Position numbers and translations under genes: made by a program
The notes under the pieces: model-generated
What the model saw: the letters and a program-made list of their open reading frames with translations, nothing else
What the model was told of the DNA's origin: nothing
Databases searched by the model: none
Assembly: GCA_004525825.1 (NCBI GenBank)
Contig: SPBY01000001.1
Location: 1 to 24,936, forward strand
Length of the DNA: 24,936 nt
Origin: Bacteroidia bacterium
Lineage (GTDB): Bacteria > Bacteroidota > Bacteroidia > Bacteroidales > GCA-2748055
Direction of reading: 5' to 3'
Part shown: piece by piece, positions 1 to 7,355 of the stretch
Layout of the letters: each line of letters starts with the position of its first letter
Numbering within the stretch: the stretch's first letter is position 1

Positions 1-88
1 TACTGCTTCTCTGGACACCGATTATATCGGCAAATTTTGAAGGACTTATCTGTTCCAGGTCCAGCAGCTGAAGAAGACGTTCTTTCAT
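1..88 (-). CDS. XRE-family helix-turn-helix transcriptional regulator (5' part only; runs off the window)
   Basis: Manual translation from ATG at 88: MKERLLQLLDLEQISPSKFADIIGVQRSS. The FAxxIGVQRSS helix pattern is typical of a conserved Bacteroidota XRE/Cro-C1 HTH protein. Not in the supplied ORF track because it is truncated. Confidence 0.85.
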   Translation of the reverse strand, partial: MKERLLQLLDLEQISPSKFADIIGVQRSS

Positions 89-102
89 AGCGTTAGCGTT
101 GA

Positions 103-114
103 TTACAAATGTAA
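103..114. promoter_or_regulatory. Near-palindromic box 1, TTACAAATGTAA; on the minus strand it contains TACATTTG (113->106), a Bacteroidota -7 element for the HTH gene
   Basis: Exact TAnnTTTG match 17 nt upstream of the HTH ATG, embedded in a TTACA-N2-TGTAA dyad. No -33 TTTG at canonical spacing. Confidence 0.65.
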
Positions 115-149
115 CAAGAATATTGTTTCCATATGTGAATTCTAATAAT

Positions 150-161
150 TCACATTTGTAA
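150..161. promoter_or_regulatory. Near-palindromic box 2, TCACATTTGTAA (1 mismatch), overlapping a 9-bp inverted repeat ATGTGAATT/AATTCACAT (133-155)
   Basis: Read directly from the sequence. Confidence 0.5.
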
Positions 162-198
162 CATAGATAAAATTATAGCTAAAAGCACTTATATCTTA

Positions 199-385
199 TG
201 GAACAGTCCTGGTTCCAGCTTAGTTGCTGATCTGCGTATTTTTGCAGTTATAATAAATTTTGCTTATAAATGAAGCCCAGCGTGGAACCCCTGATAACAG
301 GGCGCTAATAGCCAGCTCAGTAAGCCATATAGCCCTTGAAGCGCGTATAAAGGCGTTAATTTGCCGTGAAAACGGCTTAACCAAA
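199..385 (+). ncRNA. Candidate structured RNA or cis-element (unclassified)
   Basis: GC-richer island in AT-rich DNA with hairpins TGGAAC/GTTCCA (199-217), AGCG..CCCTG-ATAA-CAGGG-CGCT (279-306) and GTTAA..GCCGT-GAAA-ACGGC-TTAAC (355-381, GNRA loop on + strand). No family recognised. Confidence 0.25.
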
Positions 386-420
386 CATATACTTGAGATA
401 AATGCTATATAACACTGGTA

Positions 421-545
421 ATAAGATTAATAATATGAATATCTTTCAGTCTGAAAGCTTCTTTTTCGCTCATTTCAAGAAATATTTATATTATTTAGTG
501 CAAATAAATACTATATAAGTCTGATTATTAAGTGATTATTATTGT
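421..545. other. Very AT-rich tract (481-540: 9 G/C in 60 nt), with palindrome CTTTCAG-T-CTGAAAG (443-457) and direct repeat TGATTATTA at 522 and 533
   Basis: Base counting by eye; surrounding coding DNA is roughly 50% GC. Confidence 0.8.
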
Positions 546-555
546 TTCCTTACAA

Positions 556-587
556 TTTGAAAGTGGGTATGTATTTGTTTACATTTG
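556..587 (+). promoter_or_regulatory. Consensus Bacteroidota housekeeping-sigma promoter TTTG-N20-TACATTTG, overlapping box 3 (TTACATTTGTAA, 579-590)
   Basis: TTTG 556-559, 20-nt spacer, TACATTTG 580-587; fits TTTG-N19-21-TAnnTTTG. Confidence 0.65.
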
Positions 588-649
588 TAACGAGTAAGAA
601 AGTGTACTTCTGTTGTCTTATGTCAATTATTCCTTACTTTTTGTCTTGA

Positions 650-688
650 TTACATTTGTAACAGGTCTGATTTGAGTTACATATGTCA
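650..688. promoter_or_regulatory. Boxes 4 and 5: TTACATTTGTAA (650-661) and TTACATATGTCA (677-688)
   Basis: Read directly; box 4 is identical to box 3. TATGTCAATT direct repeat at 619 and 682. Confidence 0.55.
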
Positions 689-1033
689 ATTTTGTAAACT
701 GTATACTTAGGTGCTTTCTAAACTCATTTTTTCCAATTGTTGTTACAAAGAAGAAAGCACAGGATCCTTCTCAGCTTGAAAGATCCTGCTTGCATCCTCA
801 TCCCTCCTCCCCTTTGGCTTTTCCACCTTTGCATATGCGTCTGGGATTCCAATAAGTATTTTAAGCGCTCTCACTGGAAAATTCCCTGGCAGAGTACCAG
901 AGCAGGACCAAATATGGGCTTCTGAAGAAGTTAAAATGAAAGGATTACTGGATATGTATTCTGAAAAACAGACATTTAGATACAAGAAGTGTTGGAATCC
1001 CTGGATATCAAACCAGGAAAAATCAGGTCTATT

Positions 1034-2311
1034 TTATGGATTTTGCTCCAATTCTCCTTCCGAACGGGCCACAATTGAGGCCACTGTGGAGTCACCGGTG
1101 ATATTCACAACCGTTCTAAGCATATCCAGGGGTCTGTCCACACCTAGAATGAGTGCCAGTCCCTCTACGGGTAGTCCCACCGAATTGAGCACGATGATCA
1201 GCATAACAATGCTTCCACTGGGAATCCCAGGACTGCCTATGGAAGCCAGGGTCGCAGTCAATACTATTGTCAGCTGCTGGATCAGGGTCAGATCAATGCC
1301 AAATACTTGTGCTATAAAGACCGCCGCAATGGCCTGGTAACAACTGGTTCCATCCATGTTGATGGTCACCCCCACTGGCAGTACAAAGTTGGCAATGGGT
1401 TTGGACACCCCCAGTTCATGGGTCACCTGTTTCATGGTTACGGGCAGGGTTGCAGCACTGGAGCTGGTGGTAAAGGCCACCAGTTGTGCAGGGAGAATCC
1501 CCTTCATGAAACCAAGAATCTTCATGCCTGTAAATATCCGTATCAGCAAAGGATAGAATCCAAGGATCAGAAGAAACAGTGCCACAACTACGGTCAGCAT
1601 ATACATGCCCAGGGCGGTAAATATATCGGCATCGCCGGAAAAATCCACCACCAGGGCTGCCATCAGGGCAAAAACGCCGATGGGTGCAAAGCGCATGACC
1701 ATATCCACTATCTTAAGAATCACGTCGTTGAGTCCGTCGAAGAAATCCTTGACCACCTGGGTTTTCTCTCCGGGTATCAGAACCAGGGCAATGCTGAACA
1801 GGATGGCAAAGAAAATAATCTGCAGCATCTTGGAGTTGTCACCCGCTGCCAGGAAGAAGTTCTCCGGGATCATTTCCTCGAAGAAGTGAAGAGGACTCTG
1901 CTTCTCATACTCCTGGGCCGACTCCTGCCGGGTCTCCACCTGGCTACCGAACTTCTCCCGGTACTGCTCCTGCCTGTCATCGGGGAAAACATCTCCCGGT
2001 TTGAAAATATTCACCAAGGCCAGTCCCACGGTAGTCGCGAATACAGTGGTTATTATATATATCACGATGGTTTTGTAACCTATCCTGGACAGCTTGGTAA
2101 TATCGGTCAGGCTGGAAATGCCCTTCACCAGGGAGACGAAAATCAGGGGTACTGCAATCAGTTTAAGCAATTTCAAAAAGATGTTTCCCCAGGGTTTTAC
2201 CCAGTTGGTGGTAAATTCTTCCCACCCGGTCCAAACCGAGACCAGTCCCCAGAGGATTCCAAGTCCCATTCCAATAAAAATCTTTGCCCAGAGTGGTAGT
2301 TTCTTCAACAT
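1034..2311 (-). CDS. Dicarboxylate/amino acid:cation symporter (DAACS/SDF family, GltP-like)
   Basis: 425 aa, multiple TM helices; family motifs FTTSSSAATLP, GVTINMDGT, ASIGSPGIP, DRPLDMLRTVVNITGD. Confidence 0.93.
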   Translation of the reverse strand: MLKKLPLWAKIFIGMGLGILWGLVSVWTGWEEFTTNWVKPWGNIFLKLLKLIAVPLIFVSLVKGISSLTDITKLSRIGYKTIVIYIITTVFATTVGLALVNIFKPGDVFPDDRQEQYREKFGSQVETRQESAQEYEKQSPLHFFEEMIPENFFLAAGDNSKMLQIIFFAILFSIALVLIPGEKTQVVKDFFDGLNDVILKIVDMVMRFAPIGVFALMAALVVDFSGDADIFTALGMYMLTVVVALFLLILGFYPLLIRIFTGMKILGFMKGILPAQLVAFTTSSSAATLPVTMKQVTHELGVSKPIANFVLPVGVTINMDGTSCYQAIAAVFIAQVFGIDLTLIQQLTIVLTATLASIGSPGIPSGSIVMLIIVLNSVGLPVEGLALILGVDRPLDMLRTVVNITGDSTVASIVARSEGELEQNP

Positions 2312-2333
2312 TGTTTCTATTTATTAAATTTCT

Positions 2334-5198
2334 CTATACCAGTGCTCTATATAGTATTTCTGCCGGGTGGAAGGCCTGTCTTCCCGTACCATCAAGGATT
2401 TGGTGCCTGCAAGAGGTACCCGGGGCTGCCACCAGTGTTCCTTCCCCTGCTTTTCTTACTGCAGGAAACAAAACCAGTTCCCCCACCTTCATGGAGAGTT
2501 CGTAATGTTCCTTCTCATAACCGAACGAACCAGCCATTCCACAACACCCCGAAGGAATCTCCTCCACCCTGTAGTTCTCTGGTATGGAGAGAATCCGCCG
2601 GGTCGGATCGGTGCTGGCAATGGATTTCTGCTGACAGTGTCCATGAAATTTCAGCTCTGTTGCTTCTTTAGTGAACAGGGATTTGTCAAACAATCCTTTT
2701 TCAAAGGCCCGCTCGAGGTACTCTTCCATGGTATAACAATGATCCGCCAATGTCAGGGCGCGCTCTTTATACTCTTTCCCCACCAGTTCAGGAAACTCAT
2801 CCCGGAAGCCAAGAATGGCTGAGGGTTCAATCCCCACTAGCGGTCTCTCTTCAGATACTTTGGGGAACAAAAGCACTACACTTTTCCTGGCTATCTTCCT
2901 GGCTTTTTTAAGCAGGCCCTTGGAAATATAGGTGCGGGCACTGACAGGGTGATCCACAATGTGCACCCTGATTCCCAGCCTATTAAGAAGTCTGATGCAT
3001 ACTATTCCCAGCGAAGTGTCATTGTAATTTGTAAACTCATCCACATAGAGAACCACCTCCGGGGCATCCTCCACAAGGGCTTCATTCAAACTGCGGAGGT
3101 GCTTGCGCGCCCAGCTTCGCAGGGATCTCTTCCCGAGAGTGGGAATGCTTCTGTCCCTTGCAAATCCAAGCACACTCTTCAACAGTGGAGCCGTGATCCT
3201 GCCCGTGGCCACCCGGTTGAAAATCCACGGAAACAGCATGCCCAGCCGGTTCACCACGGAAATATTGGCAATGAGCCAGGTACGCATGGGGACCGGATGA
3301 TGACTGTACCAGTGCTGCATAAACTCGGCCTTGAGCTTAGCCATGTCCACGCTGGAAGGACATTCCGATTTGCATGCCTTGCAAGAGAGACAGAGGTCAA
3401 GAATCTCGTAAATTTCGGGCTGATCAAATGGCTTTTTCAGTCCTTTTACCGAGAGCAACTCACGCAGAACATTGGCCCTGGCACGGGTGGTTGCCGACTC
3501 ATCCCGGGTGGCCATGTAGCTGGGACACATGGTGCCTCCTGTCACTTCAGTTTTTCTACAATCGCCTGATCCATTGCACTTTTCAATAAGATTCATGAAT
3601 CCACCCTCTTTCGAGAAATCGAACCAGGTAGAGAATTCCGGAGATCGGTGACCGGGTTGGAAACGCAGATGTGTATTCATGGAAGGGGTGTCGATGACCT
3701 TTCCTTCATTGAATATGCCTTCCGGATCGAACAGCTGTTTGATTTTCCGGAACAATTGAAAATTGTGTTCCCCCACCATCAAAGGAATAAACTCACCCCG
3801 GAGCCTTCCGTCGCCATGTTCCCCGCTGAGCGAACCCCGGTATTTTTTCACCAGTAAGGCGGTCTCCAGTGCGATGTCGTGATACAGCTGTACATCGCCC
3901 GGATCTTTCAGGTTCAAAATAGGCCTCAGGTGCAGTTCCCCTACGGAAATATGGGCATGGTAAACACATGCAAGTCCGTGTTTATCAAGGAGTTGATTGA
4001 ATTCGCCTATGTAATCCTCCAGTACCTCCACATTTACGCTGGTATCCTCGATCACAGTGACCGGACGCCCCTCTCCCGGGATGTTGGAAAGGACCCCCAG
4101 GCCCGCTTTTCTCAGGGCCCAAACCTTGGAGATTTCTTTTCCACTAAGCACAGGAAAATGATAGCCCAGACCGGCCTTCCTCATCTCATTTTCCATGGCC
4201 ATGATCCGCTTCTTCAACACAGATTCATCTTCATCCACCATCTCAACCATCAGAACCGCTCCGGGATCGCCCTCCAGGAAGAAGCGGTTCTTCTTCTGGC
4301 TCAGGTTCTCTTTGGTACAGTCAAGGATGGTCTTATCCATCAGTTCCACGGCTGTTGGAAAGTGTTTCAGAGCAGCCAGGTTTCCCCTGATGGCTTCCAT
4401 AACTGAATGAAAATGAATGGGAACCAGTGCTTTGTGGGGAGGAGGTAATGGGACCAGATTGAGTTTTGCCTCGGTCATAAACAGCAGGGTTCCCTCCGAT
4501 CCTGAAAGCAGGCGGCACAGGTTAAAATCCTTGTGTCTAGAGCCATCAGCCAAAAACTGGGGAGAGTTCAGCAATTCATCCAGGGCATAGCCGGTGTTCC
4601 TCCTGACCACCCCCGGGTCGGGAAATTCATTTATGATCTCAGACTGGTTCTTCTTATCACTGAGAATCGCGTTGATATCCCGGTAGATACCCCCTTCAAG
4701 ACCCTCTATTTCAAGTTTTTCCGAATATGCTTCCTGGTTCAGAGGTGCAAACTCACACACAGAAGCATCACTCAGTACTGCCCTGACCGAAAGGGTATGG
4801 TCCCGGGTGGCTCCGTACACAAGAGAATGTAAGCCGCAGCTATTGTTGCCTATCATCCCTCCGATCATGCTTCGGTTGGAGGTGGAGGTCTCGGGACTAA
4901 AAAATAGACCCGTGGATTTCAGGGCAATGTTTAATTCATCCAGCACCACTCCGGGTTCTACCCGCACCCATCGTTCCTGTTCATTGATCTGCAGGATCCT
5001 GGTCATGTGCCTCGAAACGTCCACTACCACTCCCTTACCAACCACCTGGCCTGCCAGCGAGGTCCCTGCAGTTCTGGGAATCAGGGACACATGGTTCTCA
5101 CGGGCAAAGCGCACCAGCTCACGGATGTCATTTTCATGGGAAGGATAGACCACCGCCTGCGGATACTCCTTATAATCGGAGGCATCGGTGGAGTACAT
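2334..5198 (-). CDS. FAD-binding / Fe-S / CCG-domain oxidoreductase (YdiJ / Dld-II-like D-2-hydroxyacid dehydrogenase); true start probably upstream of 5198
   Basis: PRTAGTSLAGQ and PETSTSNRSMIGGMIGNNSCG (FAD-binding domain), SGEHGDG (FAD-oxidase C-terminal), CNGSGDC and CLSCKACKSEC (4Fe-4S), HGHC...CCGMAG (CCG domain). The frame stays open upstream with family-like sequence. Confidence 0.9.
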   Translation of the reverse strand: MYSTDASDYKEYPQAVVYPSHENDIRELVRFARENHVSLIPRTAGTSLAGQVVGKGVVVDVSRHMTRILQINEQERWVRVEPGVVLDELNIALKSTGLFFSPETSTSNRSMIGGMIGNNSCGLHSLVYGATRDHTLSVRAVLSDASVCEFAPLNQEAYSEKLEIEGLEGGIYRDINAILSDKKNQSEIINEFPDPGVVRRNTGYALDELLNSPQFLADGSRHKDFNLCRLLSGSEGTLLFMTEAKLNLVPLPPPHKALVPIHFHSVMEAIRGNLAALKHFPTAVELMDKTILDCTKENLSQKKNRFFLEGDPGAVLMVEMVDEDESVLKKRIMAMENEMRKAGLGYHFPVLSGKEISKVWALRKAGLGVLSNIPGEGRPVTVIEDTSVNVEVLEDYIGEFNQLLDKHGLACVYHAHISVGELHLRPILNLKDPGDVQLYHDIALETALLVKKYRGSLSGEHGDGRLRGEFIPLMVGEHNFQLFRKIKQLFDPEGIFNEGKVIDTPSMNTHLRFQPGHRSPEFSTWFDFSKEGGFMNLIEKCNGSGDCRKTEVTGGTMCPSYMATRDESATTRARANVLRELLSVKGLKKPFDQPEIYEILDLCLSCKACKSECPSSVDMAKLKAEFMQHWYSHHPVPMRTWLIANISVVNRLGMLFPWIFNRVATGRITAPLLKSVLGFARDRSIPTLGKRSLRSWARKHLRSLNEALVEDAPEVVLYVDEFTNYNDTSLGIVCIRLLNRLGIRVHIVDHPVSARTYISKGLLKKARKIARKSVVLLFPKVSEERPLVGIEPSAILGFRDEFPELVGKEYKERALTLADHCYTMEEYLERAFEKGLFDKSLFTKEATELKFHGHCQQKSIASTDPTRRILSIPENYRVEEIPSGCCGMAGSFGYEKEHYELSMKVGELVLFPAVRKAGEGTLVAAPGTSCRHQILDGTGRQAFHPAEILYRALV

Positions 5199-5296
5199 AA
5201 TCAGTCTCAGACGATCGGTATGCAGCTCGCCATCGAGACGCGCCCGAAGCTCTTCAAACTTGCCCTGCTCTATTTGTGTGGACCTTTTCAGATCAA

Positions 5297-5304
5297 CAAA
5301 TATA
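5297..5304 (-). promoter_or_regulatory. -7 element TATATTTG for the oxidoreductase gene
   Basis: Exact TAnnTTTG; a TTTG lies 16 nt upstream (5321-5324), slightly short of canonical spacing. Confidence 0.55.
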
Positions 5305-5346
5305 GCAGAATCTCCAAAGCCAAAAAGCCCCCACCTCAGACTTTCA

Positions 5347-5374
5347 CCTTTTCCCTTTTCCCTTTTCCCTTTTA
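5347..5374. repeat. Heptamer tandem repeat (CCTTTTC)x3 + CCTTTTA, immediately after the DUF1338 stop codon
   Basis: Read directly from the sequence. Confidence 0.9.
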
Positions 5375-6172
5375 CCTGAAATCGGTGCTCTCAAAGATCT
5401 TATCGGCCGAACCAGCTATAAAACCGCTGAATATGCGACCATGCTCATCGGGATACCTCAGGGCAAATTCATAGTAACATCCCGGAATGGTATGTACTCC
5501 GTCTGTGAAGCTGACTTTCACCCGGTCTGCCAGGGTGCTTGATTGTTCCAGCAGCTGTTCAGGGCTTCCTTTGATCTCGCCTCCGGAGTTGTTCAGGGGG
5601 TATCCATTCTCCTTTAAAAAGTCATTTACCGCTTCTAAGCGGTCAAATCCATTGAGGTAGTTGATGCTTACGGTAAAATGATTGGCGCGGAAACCAAAGG
5701 CATATAGCCAGGCCGCATATTCTGACTCCTCCCTCAAGCGCTCAAATACTTCATATGAAATAGATTTGCTCAGGTTCCCCCGAAAAATTAGTTCAGGCGA
5801 TGCAAGGAGCTCTTCCGGGACTGCATCCAGTTGACTGCGGACCATCCTGCGGAGATTTTCAGAGAACTCATCCAGAATCAGTTCGCTGATAAATACACGG
5901 GGGGACTCTGCATCTTCAGGCAGCTCATAATGTCTGGCTCTCAACTTTTTAGCTTCAAAATAATAATCTCCTGCAGGAACATAGCCTGCCTCCAGAAAGG
6001 GACGGGCAATCACATCGATGTTTACCCTGGGATCGTCGAAGGTGCGAAAGGCCACATGGTCGTTCACCACTCTTTCCCCCGAATTTTGAAACAGATTATA
6101 TATAAGTTCTGCACTTGGATTCTCCCCGGTATACTGTTCCCATAACTTTTCAAATATTTCAGCAGCTTTCAT
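5372..6172 (-). CDS. DUF1338-family protein, 2-oxoadipate dioxygenase/decarboxylase (HglS/YdcJ-like, short form)
   Basis: 266 aa; NDHVAFRT, RANHFTVS, CYYEFALRY and C-terminal FIAGSADKIFEST motifs. Candidate Fe(II) triad H39/H165/E235 and keto-acid-binding R43 by analogy to HglS. Confidence 0.85.
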   Translation of the reverse strand: MKAAEIFEKLWEQYTGENPSAELIYNLFQNSGERVVNDHVAFRTFDDPRVNIDVIARPFLEAGYVPAGDYYFEAKKLRARHYELPEDAESPRVFISELILDEFSENLRRMVRSQLDAVPEELLASPELIFRGNLSKSISYEVFERLREESEYAAWLYAFGFRANHFTVSINYLNGFDRLEAVNDFLKENGYPLNNSGGEIKGSPEQLLEQSSTLADRVKVSFTDGVHTIPGCYYEFALRYPDEHGRIFSGFIAGSADKIFESTDFR

Positions 6173-6261
6173 GTTTTGTAGGTTTATATTTTATAATAAC
6201 CACCATCCTTCAAAAGTGTTGAAAAAGTTGTTTCGGGAAGAAGGGGCTGTATTTTTTTAAC

Positions 6262-6269
6262 TACCTTTA
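6262..6269 (+). promoter_or_regulatory. Possible -7 element TACCTTTA for the pta operon
   Basis: One mismatch to TAnnTTTG, 38 nt upstream of the pta ATG in a divergent intergenic region. Confidence 0.35.
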
Positions 6270-6307
6270 GTGTCGGCAAATAACAAAACTCAAATTATTG
6301 ATAATCA

Positions 6308-7321
6308 ATGAATTTAATTGAAAAAATTAAAGAAAAGGCCCGCATGGACTGCCAACGAATTGTGCTTCCGGAAGGCTTTGAAGATAGAACCGTAATGGCT
6401 GCAGATGCCATTATCAGAGAGAAACTGTGTTACATCTACCTGATTGCCGATCCGGTGGAACTGGAAAAAAAGGTTCAGAAATTCGGTCTGCATAACATCA
6501 AAAAGGCCACAGTGATTAATCCCAAGGACCACCCCAAGAAGCAGGAATACACAGAACTTCTGTACGAGATCAGGAAATCCAAGGGCATGACCCTGAAAGA
6601 AGCATCCATATTGGTGGAAGATCCCCTCTATTTGGGAACCCTTATGATCAAAGCCGGAGATGCAGACGGAGAAGTGGCCGGTGCTGCCAATTCCACGGGC
6701 GATGTCCTGCGACCCGCCTTCCAGATTGTGAAAACCCTGCCTGGCATCAGCATTGTTTCGGGTGCTTTTATCATGATTCTCCCGGACCACTCTTTCGGAG
6801 AAGATGGGGTAATCGTATTTGCCGACGGAGCTGTCCATCCTGACCCCGATGAGAAGCAACTGGCTGAAATAGCTGTGGCTACTGCCGGTACGACCCGTTC
6901 CATACTTGGTTTTGAACCGCGGATTGCCATGGTCAGCTTCTCCACCAAAGGGAGTGCCTCTCATCCTATGGTGGATAAGGTAGTGAATGCCACCAGACTG
7001 GCCAAAGAGATGGATCCTAGCCTGATCATCGATGGCGAATTGCAAGCCGATGCCGCACTGATCGAGGCCATAGCCAAGAGCAAGGCACCGGACAGTGCCA
7101 TACAGGGAAATGCCAATGTACTGATCTTTCCCGATCTGAATGTGGGAAATACTGCATATAAACTGGTGCAGAGGCTGGCCAAAGCCGAAGCTATAGGCCC
7201 CGTGCTGCAAGGGATGGCTGCACCTATCAATGATCTTTCACGGGGATGTTCTGTGAGCGATATTGTAAACCTGGTGGCTATTACTTGCAACCAGGCCGCA
7301 GGATTGAAAAAACAGAAATAA
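6308..7321 (+). CDS. pta: Phosphate acetyltransferase (short, PTA_PTB domain only)
   Basis: RIVLPEG, SFSTKGSA, DGELQADAA, ANVLIFPDLNVGNTAYK, GPVLQG, NDLSRGCS motifs; adjacent to ackA. Confidence 0.96.
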   Translation: MNLIEKIKEKARMDCQRIVLPEGFEDRTVMAADAIIREKLCYIYLIADPVELEKKVQKFGLHNIKKATVINPKDHPKKQEYTELLYEIRKSKGMTLKEASILVEDPLYLGTLMIKAGDADGEVAGAANSTGDVLRPAFQIVKTLPGISIVSGAFIMILPDHSFGEDGVIVFADGAVHPDPDEKQLAEIAVATAGTTRSILGFEPRIAMVSFSTKGSASHPMVDKVVNATRLAKEMDPSLIIDGELQADAALIEAIAKSKAPDSAIQGNANVLIFPDLNVGNTAYKLVQRLAKAEAIGPVLQGMAAPINDLSRGCSVSDIVNLVAITCNQAAGLKKQK

Positions 7322-7355
7322 GAACTATATATCAGAATTTAACAGACCACAATTC

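Noticed and set aside
146-154. Canonical DnaA-box cluster
   Set aside because: Only one 1-mismatch box (TAATTCACA) and no perfect TTATNCACA in the region, so a classical oriC cannot be called from sequence alone
133-155. TGTGAA..TTCACA dyad as a Rex or CRP/FNR site
   Set aside because: Half-site spacing (9 nt between TGTGAA and TTCACA; 11 nt between TGTGA and TCACA) does not fit Rex or CRP geometry
103-688. Repeated 12-13-bp boxes as a degenerate CRISPR array or transposon ends
   Set aside because: Repeats are too short and irregularly spaced (47, 429, 71, 27 bp); no cas or transposase genes and no target-site duplication
737-985. 62-aa (+) and 80-aa (-) ORFs in the left intergenic region
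   Set aside because: TTG starts, mutual overlap, no recognisable motifs or signal peptides; treated as chance ORFs unless Ribo-seq shows otherwise
1000-1022. CCTGG/CCAGG hairpin as the symporter terminator
   Set aside because: The A-run lies on the wrong side: on the minus strand the T-tract precedes the stem rather than following it, and the stem is only 5 bp
936-1340. 134-aa + strand ORF with an A-rich ATG context
   Set aside because: Three quarters of it is antisense to the well-supported symporter, with no family features
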